A stretch of 64,000 bases of DNA from Caecitellus pseudoparvulus (taxonomy: Eukaryota; Protista; Bigyra: Bicosoecida): assembly GCA_965644315.1 (NCBI GenBank), contig CBFFRQ010000069.1, positions 620,001 through 684,000 of the forward strand, read 5' to 3'. How positions within the stretch are numbered: position 1 is the stretch's first letter; each line of letters starts with the position of its first letter. Below, piece after piece: positions 57,813-64,000 of the stretch. A program made the translations under genes and the position numbers. The notes beneath the pieces are model-generated. The model was not told the origin of the DNA and ran no database searches. It saw only the letters and a list, made by a program, of their open reading frames with translations.

Positions 57813-58811
57813 TCATCCATCACGCTCAAGCAGCTCTCCTTTTTTGCGCAAGTTGCTGCGCTTGCCCTCCCACGAGCTGGATGACCCGCCTCCCGTAGGA
57901 GACCCCCCCCCAGTGCTGGTGCTGCCTGAGTGGTGTCCGGTTGTGGTTGGCGTGGTGTGGTGTCCGGTTGTCGTTGGCGTGGTGTGGTGTCCGGTTGTCG
58001 TGGGTGTTCCGCCCCCTCCATGGCTGTGGGTGGAGGTGGTGCTCGAGTTGCCACAAGGCAGCCCGGAGAAGTCCAAGGCCTGGAAGGAGATGATAGTGAA
58101 CGCCGGGTCGGGTTCACACTTGGTCCACTCGACGCTGCCGTCTGGGCGTCGGTGAAGGCCCTTGTGGGCCCTAGAGCCAGGTCGGACCCGCAGCGCGTGA
58201 CCGTTCTTGTCCAGAGACACACAGGCATCAATGTTGATTTCAGCGCTCAAGCCCTGACGGTCCCCATCGAGCTGAAGGCCCAAGTTCACGCCCGCCTCAC
58301 CAAGCCCCCAGATGTCAATGCTCAATCCAGGCACGGGAATGGTCTCCGACGTGGAGAACGTATCACTCCATGAAAAGCCTGCGTCTTCTTCACCAATAGA
58401 GAAGGACACGCTGATCGGGGACGAGCAAACCTGAAGAAACCGCGTGGCCGGGTGAAGTGGGTGATCCTTTCCCGCATTATCGAAGCGCTTGGAAAGGTGG
58501 GCGCGCTGGTCGACTCACGTTAAGGGAAGCGTTGACCAGAATGGTATCAAGGTCAAGTAGGTCAATTGAGCAGCCGAAGGAAGTGCAGTCAGCAAAGAGG
58601 GAGCACTCTGGGAGCAGGAAGAAGTGCTGCTGTGTGATTACAGTGTTGTTGTGGCATGCGCTTGCGACATGCGGCTCCCACCTGAAGGCAGATAGCTGGC
58701 GATTTCCTGGCACAGGCTGTCGTCCACAGCATCATGTGGAACGAGCGCCTTGGCCTGCACTGCGTGCAGCGCTACGCCTGCAGCCAGCAGGACACCCAAC
58801 TTGTGTAGCAT
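57813..58811 (-). CDS. Small secreted Cys-containing protein with a His/Thr/Gly-rich C-terminal repeat tail, ~278 aa
   Basis: Not given as one ORF in the track. Exons 58811-58682, 58607-58519 and 58430-57813. Introns are 58681-58608 (GTGGGA..CAG, phase 1) and 58518-58431 (GTGAGT..CAG, phase 0). The N-terminus MLHKLGVLLAAGVALHAVQA is a signal peptide. Eight Cys lie in a beta-rich domain. Confidence 0.75.
57931..58005 (-). repeat. 27-nt coding tandem repeat (~3 copies) encoding TPTTTGHHT
   Basis: tggtgtccggttgt(g/c)gttggcgtggtg repeated on the plus strand. Confidence 0.9.
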
Positions 58812-59092
58812 TGTCGCCGCAGAAGCCGGTCAAGTAACAAGTTGTGGCACAACAGGACAGGGCTGTCACAGCTCAGAGTTGGCGCACAAGCAGGAGCACG
58901 TGAGCTTCGGCAATGTCGTTTCGTAGTGGTGCAATTGTTTGAGGAGCATTGTCTTGAAGTTGACTCGCGGGGGGTTATGCGGGCTCAACCGAAGCCTCCG
59001 TCGAGGTCGTGATACAGCACAGCAAGCGGCAGGCACCAAGCTAGGCAAAAACCTGCTGCCCAGAGCTGAGCCCCATGGGCAGTCGTTGCTGC

Positions 59093-60748
59093 TCAATGCC
59101 CTTCTGGGGCCGGGATCGCAGGCTCCGTGTCAGACTCGGCAGATTCTGACTCATCTTCGTCAGAGTCAAGTACGGAGAAGAGCTCCACGATATCACCGCC
59201 GAAATTGGTTGCCAAGTCAAGCAGCACATCAGACCTGGAAATGGCAACAGTGGGGCCCGGTGCGGGCTCCCAAAACCTGGCGACTGTATCTATGCCTGCC
59301 GTGACAAGCATGGGCAGACCGTGCGGATGAGGCTCCACCACATTGCACGGGCCGGCCTCATCGGCCCGGGCCACCATGGCAAGGTTCAAGTGCTTGCGAG
59401 ACCAGAAGAAAATGGACCCCGAATCACACCCAGACACGATGTACTGCTGTCGGTCTCCCCAGTAGCTGACACCCTTCACTGTCATCATGTTGCACCGGCC
59501 GCTATACGCCGCTCGAAAGCCGCTGCCGACCTCGCCTGCTACGGCATCGAAATGCTCCAAGGCAGGCCTTTCTGTGGAGGTTTGGGACTGTGTAGGGAAG
59601 TTCACCACCAGCGAACAACGCGGGGACAAATCGACGGTGTCCTGCTCTGCGTCAAAGTAGCCCGGGGGCCCTGGTGACTGCAAGCTTGGTTCTGTACTTG
59701 TCCAGTTGCTTGGCCACTGCACGGGCACGCTGCGCCATGCCCAAGGCGTACTAGACACGCCCCCACGGCCTATGCTGGAAGAGGCTGACGAGGGTAAGTG
59801 CCTCCGACTTCCCCGTCCCCCTTTCGTTCGTGTTGCCGGTTTTGAGGCACTCGCGGCGGCCGCGGTTTGCGGTGGGCGTGCAGCCTGCTGCACGTCGTGC
59901 ACGTCGAACTCGTACACATGCTCGCTACCGTAGTTGGCCACAATGCTCAAGCCATCGGTGCTCCACTGGGCGCTCGTGACGGAGATGTCGAAGTCCCCTG
60001 CTGCCCGAAGGTGGGCTGGGCACAGGTGCGTGACGGCTCCAGCTTCCAGACGACGCAGGTCAAGCACTGACACCCATGGGCCAGCACCACAAACGAGGGT
60101 TAAGTTGGGGTCGACTGGGCACTGTGCAACAGTGTAGAGGCAGGTTCTACAATCAGCGATGGCTTGCAGCTTGGTTTCCAGGGGTGGCCGGGAGCAGCGC
60201 AGGTCGAAAGCCACCACCCGGCCAAGCTCTCCGCAACTCAAGAACGTGCCCTCTTGCCCTGGCGCGGCGCTGACGCAGTACGTGCTGCTTGCTTCATTGT
60301 GCGGGGTGAAAGACGCGCTGTCCTCTCTGCCGATCGCTGTGACTCGCACCAGCCCGTCGTAGGAGGCCGTCGCCAGCAAGGAGCCGTCTCGAGGAGCAAG
60401 GGAAAGGCTGGCGACGCTGAGGATGTTGGCAGTGTGGACAGTGCGGAGTAAATGCATGAAGCAGCCCTGCCCATCCCACATCCCAATTTGGGTGTCATCT
60501 GAGCCTGTGAATAGTACGCGGCCGTCTGCTGCCCAACACGCAGTGTTGATGCAGCCACTATGTCCTTCCAGCACGCCTCGTGGCTTCAAGCTGCAAGAGC
60601 AGGGGTATCTGAAGTTTCCAGGCACACTCAGCACAGGAAGAGCTACAAGCAAAACACACCTCATCAGGTGCTCAGTGGGGTGCCTCCTTCTCCGCTGGGG
60701 GTCCCACTTCGGCAGCCAGCCAGCCCTGGCGTTTCGCGAGGGTTTCAT
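59093..60748 (-). CDS. WD40 protein of the DCAF8/DCAF6/WDTC1 group (putative CUL4-DDB1 substrate receptor), ~528 aa
   Basis: Motifs LEGHSGCINTACW..LFTGSDDTQIGMWD, HTANILSV, YSGRCNMMTVKGVSYWG..YIVSGCDSGSIFFW and CNVVEPHP..LVTAGIDTVARFWEP, plus an acidic C-terminal tail. Probable in-frame 69-nt intron at 60659-60591 (GTGTGT..TTGCAG). First ATG is 60748. Confidence 0.85.
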   Translation of the reverse strand: MKPSRNARAGWLPKWDPQRRRRHPTEHLMRCVLLVALPVLSVPGNFRYPCSCSLKPRGVLEGHSGCINTACWAADGRVLFTGSDDTQIGMWDGQGCFMHLLRTVHTANILSVASLSLAPRDGSLLATASYDGLVRVTAIGREDSASFTPHNEASSTYCVSAAPGQEGTFLSCGELGRVVAFDLRCSRPPLETKLQAIADCRTCLYTVAQCPVDPNLTLVCGAGPWVSVLDLRRLEAGAVTHLCPAHLRAAGDFDISVTSAQWSTDGLSIVANYGSEHVYEFDVHDVQQAARPPQTAAAASASKPATRTKGGRGSRRHLPSSASSSIGRGGVSSTPWAWRSVPVQWPSNWTSTEPSLQSPGPPGYFDAEQDTVDLSPRCSLVVNFPTQSQTSTERPALEHFDAVAGEVGSGFRAAYSGRCNMMTVKGVSYWGDRQQYIVSGCDSGSIFFWSRKHLNLAMVARADEAGPCNVVEPHPHGLPMLVTAGIDTVARFWEPAPGPTVAISRSDVLLDLATNFGGDIVELFSVLDSDEDESESAESDTEPAIPAPEGH

Positions 60749-60932
60749 CGCATGCGCAGCTCTGCAGCGTTGCACACAGGCACGAACGTGAGCAGCAAGT
60801 GTGGCACTTTCTCAAAATCTCAACGCGTTCAAAAAGAAGCTGCTTATCATTTTTGAACTCCTTGCGGCCTTGCCACTGTGAACGCGACCAGCGCGGTCCT
60901 CACCTCGCTCGAAGCAGCGCCTCGCACCAAGC
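60749..60932. promoter_or_regulatory. Putative bidirectional promoter with a 9-bp inverted repeat
   Basis: 184-nt spacer between divergent ATGs (60748 minus, 60933 plus), AT-richer than its flanks. GTTCAAAAA (60827-60835) and TTTTTGAAC (60850-60858) are perfect reverse complements. Confidence 0.55.
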
Positions 60933-61372
60933 ATGTCTCAAACTTCCCTGGCTCAGAAGCTGCCCACAGGCAGTACACACGTCGCGTACACTATGGCAGG
61001 TGGGTCATGGGTGCAACTTCCACCCCTGGGTTTGGCGCCACGCACAGGCACCCCAGGGTCCCCCTCTCAGGCATCCTGGCGCTGGGAGGCGTCGTCGGCT
61101 ATGCTAAGTCCAAGTCTGTGCCCAGCCTGGTTGCAGGCCTGGGCTTCGCATCTCTGTACGGCGCTGCGGGCGTCATGATTGGTCGGGGCCAGTGCAAGGA
61201 GGGGCACGCCACTGCTGCTCTGACGTCAGCGGTGCTGGCCGCCGTCATGGGCCGGCGCTTCGCAGCCAGCAAGGCTCTCTTCCCCGCTGGGCTCCTGGCA
61301 GGCATCGCAGTGCCCGCAGGCGCTTACGATGCATACAAGGCCCGCCAATGGTACATTGCGGATCTGGACTAG
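60933..61372 (+). CDS. TMEM14: TMEM14 family small membrane protein, ~122 aa
   Basis: Exons 60933-60999 and 61071-61372, with intron 61000-61070 (GTGGGT..CTCAG, phase 1). The spliced product reads HVAYTMAGILALGGVVGYAKSKSVPSLVAGLGF...MGRRFAASKALFPAG, matching the TMEM14 signature (GG..GY.K..S..SL.AG; M..RF..S.K..PAG). Confidence 0.9.
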
Positions 61373-64000
61373 GCGCTGGCTTGCCCTGCCGATTCACTGG
61401 CTTTCAGCAGTTGCTGCAGGAAGATGCGCAGGGAGGCGGTGAAGCCTCCGTGCAGTTGCTGGGGCAAAATGCAACGCAGCGCGTCCGTCTCCTCGCTGCA
61501 GTCCGTGACAGGGATGGCAGACTCGGAGCTCGCGCTGGTCTGTGGCACAGGCTCCCCCACGAGGCCACCCAGCACTTTGACGGCACGCGGGGTCACGGCC
61601 TGAGCATGCGCACGCAGCACGCCTTCCAAACCTTGCAAGGGGCTGCTTAGCATGGCCAGCAGGGACTGCAGGGAGATGCAAATGGAGTTCTGGTTGTACA
61701 GCTTTGCACTGGCACCTGATTCCCGTTCCTTGCGGAACCGCGCATAGCCTGCTTCTTGGAAGTACGGCAGGTCGCACAGAACGAGGCCTTGCAAGGACGT
61801 GACCACCTGCAGCAGTGTGGAGGTCGCCTGCCAGCCCTCGCCCTCTTCCTGTGCCTCCCACGTTCCCAGCAGGCTTAAGCACACCTTCCCGTCCGCGTAC
61901 AGGTTGGGGGAGGCTTGGCGCTCGGTGAAGCTGTGCACGTGCACAGCAGGCGGTTCGGCGGGGAAGCCGGGGCCCAAGAAGGCGTCGAATACCCACGGCA
62001 CGTAGGCAAAGGGGGTGCCTGGAGGGCCCACGATGAGGAAGCGGCAGACTGCAGGCGCATCGGCGAAGGTCATGGCCAGCGTGCCCTGGGGCAAGCCGCT
62101 GGCCAGTTGCTTGTGGGCCGCGCGCACCGCCTTCATCCAGGCACGGGAGGGGCGGGCGAGGCCCTTCATGGCCTGTTGCAAGGGAACGGACTTCTTGGCG
62201 TCGGGGAGCCTGACGCAGAAGTCCCCTGGCGCAGGGCCCTGCACTGTGACGTGCACGCCCCCATCCGGCAAGGCATCTGACACGGCGAGGTCAGCCTGAC
62301 CCGCCAGTGCCGCCCGCCACACGTCGGTCATGCGGCCCAGCAGAGCCGACGTGCCGGCGATCGCCGGTGCCCCGGGCAGGTCCTCCTCCTCCTCTTCCTC
62401 CTCGTCCTCCCCTGCGCCTGCCGCGGCGGCGGGCACCTGCTGGGAGTTCATGCCGCCCGTCATGGAGTGCGACCACGCTGCCAGCACCTCGGCGTCGTCT
62501 TCTGCAACGCCCAGCAGGCCGGGCCCCGCCGCAGGGCGCAGGGCAGCTGCTCGGAGCATGGCCGTGGCCTGTGTGACGAGGCCGTGGGGGAGCCTCGGGG
62601 CCAGGGTCAGGAACACAGGTCCGAAGGAGCCCTGGGCTCGCTGCCTGCGCACCAGTGCGATGTAGCCACCTAAGTCAGTCACAAGAGACGGGCGCGCCCC
62701 ACCAGGTCGTTGCATCATGTCCACGACGCCAGACGTGTCACTCTCCTCGGTGTCCACGCTGCCCAGTGAAATGCTGTCGGCGGTGGCCACGCTCACCTCA
62801 TCGCCATGCAGCACAGGCATGCCGTCTGAGTCCAGCCCATCGCTGTGTGCGTCGCTGTCATTATCTTCGTCCTCCGACGCCACGTCAGAGCCGCTGCTCT
62901 CCACTTCGCCGCTGCCCCCGCCCGTGACGACTGAGTCGTCCCCTGCTGAGAAGCTGCCGGCGGAGCCATCCGAGTCGGACTCGTAGGAAGAGTCCATCTC
63001 ATCCTCATCCATCTTCACCAGGCCGGCTGCGTCCTCCAGCGTGATTGCCCCATTCAGCCACCGCACGGCCAGCCGCCCAGTCACCAGGTCGGTGCACACC
63101 ACCTCCCCCACCAGCTCAGCACCGGGCACTCGCACAACGTCTTCGCTCCCGAGACTCGCACTGTCGGGGAATGGGCCCACCGCCGGTGTGCCAGGGGCCC
63201 GCGTGACGAAGTCCCGAGCCCAGAACTGCAGGGACGGGTGGTCGTCGATGTCCACGGCGCTGACGTCCTCCACATGACCCACTTGCTCCCCCCAACTGGC
63301 AGGCACCTCTGCGGGGCTGAAGGCCACAGCCCGTGCCGAGGTGGTCTGGGACGCTGGGCCCACTTCCCCTCCACGCCACGCGGATACGGCAATCGCGGCG
63401 TGCGGGTGGTCCGTGCCTGGCGCTGCGATGCGGGAACACCAGCAGTCGTACCGCAGTTGCTCCCGTGCTCGGGAAGCAGCCTGCTCCTCCGGGGACGCCA
63501 ACGGGTCTTCAGGAGTTCGCTGTGGCTGGGGGACGCCTAGAGACACATCGCTGGCGCAGGGCAGGGCAGCGCTTGGCTCCTGCACCTGTGCTTGCGGCAC
63601 GCCACTCTCTGCCAGGCGCTTCACAGCCTCCCACCACTTGTGCAAGTACGCCACCCGCGCACCCGCCCCAGCGAGCAGAGTTTTGGCGTACTGGCACACG
63701 TGCTCAGGCGCCGGCAGGGCCTGGGGTGCGCTTGAGTCGCTGGGCAGCCACCGCACCCGCACGGTGCCGGCAGCCTTGTCGGCGCTGAGCACGACGCCGC
63801 GCTGCCGCCGAAGCGTGCCCCCCTGGGAGCCCGGTACAATGGAGGTGGCGAGGGGGCTGCCGGGCGTGGCGCACACTTCCTCCCCTGGGAAGAACAGGCT
63901 CACCATTTGCGTGGTGGTGGTGCCCAGGCACACCCCGGGCACCCGGCTGATGCTGCCGTCTTCCCACTGCACGTCGTGCATCGTGCTGGTGAGCAGGACA
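61369..64000 (-). CDS. UBE2O: UBE2O/UBC23/PHO2-like E2-E3 hybrid ubiquitin-conjugating enzyme (5' end beyond the window)
   Basis: C-terminal UBC domain FLIVGPPGTPF..FDAFL..FPAEPPAVH..SPNLYADGKVCLSLLGTW..STLLQVVTSLQGLVL..PYFQEAGY, with catalytic Cys codon 61881-61879. Upstream DVQWEDG, GVVLSAD..VRVRW and VGEV..VRWLNG are UBE2O-type beta-barrel motifs, followed by an acidic linker. The frame is open to the window edge. Confidence 0.88.
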   Translation of the reverse strand, partial: VLLTSTMHDVQWEDGSISRVPGVCLGTTTTQMVSLFFPGEEVCATPGSPLATSIVPGSQGGTLRRQRGVVLSADKAAGTVRVRWLPSDSSAPQALPAPEHVCQYAKTLLAGAGARVAYLHKWWEAVKRLAESGVPQAQVQEPSAALPCASDVSLGVPQPQRTPEDPLASPEEQAASRAREQLRYDCWCSRIAAPGTDHPHAAIAVSAWRGGEVGPASQTTSARAVAFSPAEVPASWGEQVGHVEDVSAVDIDDHPSLQFWARDFVTRAPGTPAVGPFPDSASLGSEDVVRVPGAELVGEVVCTDLVTGRLAVRWLNGAITLEDAAGLVKMDEDEMDSSYESDSDGSAGSFSAGDDSVVTGGGSGEVESSGSDVASEDEDNDSDAHSDGLDSDGMPVLHGDEVSVATADSISLGSVDTEESDTSGVVDMMQRPGGARPSLVTDLGGYIALVRRQRAQGSFGPVFLTLAPRLPHGLVTQATAMLRAAALRPAAGPGLLGVAEDDAEVLAAWSHSMTGGMNSQQVPAAAAGAGEDEEEEEEEDLPGAPAIAGTSALLGRMTDVWRAALAGQADLAVSDALPDGGVHVTVQGPAPGDFCVRLPDAKKSVPLQQAMKGLARPSRAWMKAVRAAHKQLASGLPQGTLAMTFADAPAVCRFLIVGPPGTPFAYVPWVFDAFLGPGFPAEPPAVHVHSFTERQASPNLYADGKVCLSLLGTWEAQEEGEGWQATSTLLQVVTSLQGLVLCDLPYFQEAGYARFRKERESGASAKLYNQNSICISLQSLLAMLSSPLQGLEGVLRAHAQAVTPRAVKVLGGLVGEPVPQTSASSESAIPVTDCSEETDALRCILPQQLHGGFTASLRIFLQQLLKASESAGQASA

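Noticed and set aside
49597-61372. Possible heme-related cluster (ABCB10-like plus TMEM14C-like)
   Set aside because: The genes are ~9 kb apart with four unrelated genes between them, and orthology to the vertebrate heme-pathway members is not established.
1-64000. Prokaryotic, viral or transposon origin; alternative genetic code
   Set aside because: Spliceosomal introns and core eukaryotic genes occur throughout. No transposase, RT, integrase or capsid motifs were seen. Genes translate fully with the standard code and end at TAG or TGA.

Overview
A gene-dense, high-GC window (roughly two-thirds GC by eye) of a eukaryotic nuclear genome, probably a protist. A stramenopile-like heterotroph is my guess from gene content and is not proven. 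I can support 12 protein-coding genes, 9 of them on the minus strand. I reconstructed 14 short GT-AG introns (64-293 nt) by hand, all near gene 5' ends. In order: a pseudo-PARP/coiled-coil/TLDc protein (with one frame break); a TmcB-like PAS membrane protein; a ~6100-aa HECT E3 ligase (PHR, CUB-like, SPRY, LamG, MIB/HERC2, FN3, HECT) with domains nested inside other domains; a ~6250-aa single-pass surface protein with ~3500 aa of Cys-rich repeats and a ~2200-aa largely coiled-coil cytoplasmic tail; an LRR-like orphan; a mitochondrial ABCB half transporter; a Wee1/Myt1 kinase; a DHFC-variant palmitoyltransferase that has lost one whole zinc site; a small secreted protein with His/Thr repeats; a DCAF8-like WD40 protein; TMEM14; and a UBE2O-like E2 truncated by the window edge. 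I saw no rRNA, tRNA, CRISPR array or mobile element. The best leads for new biology are the giant receptor-like protein and its giant E3 neighbour, the pseudo-PARP-TLDc fusion, the one-zinc DHHC enzyme, and two convergent genes whose stop codons share one CTAG palindrome. All domain calls come from motif recognition, not database searches.
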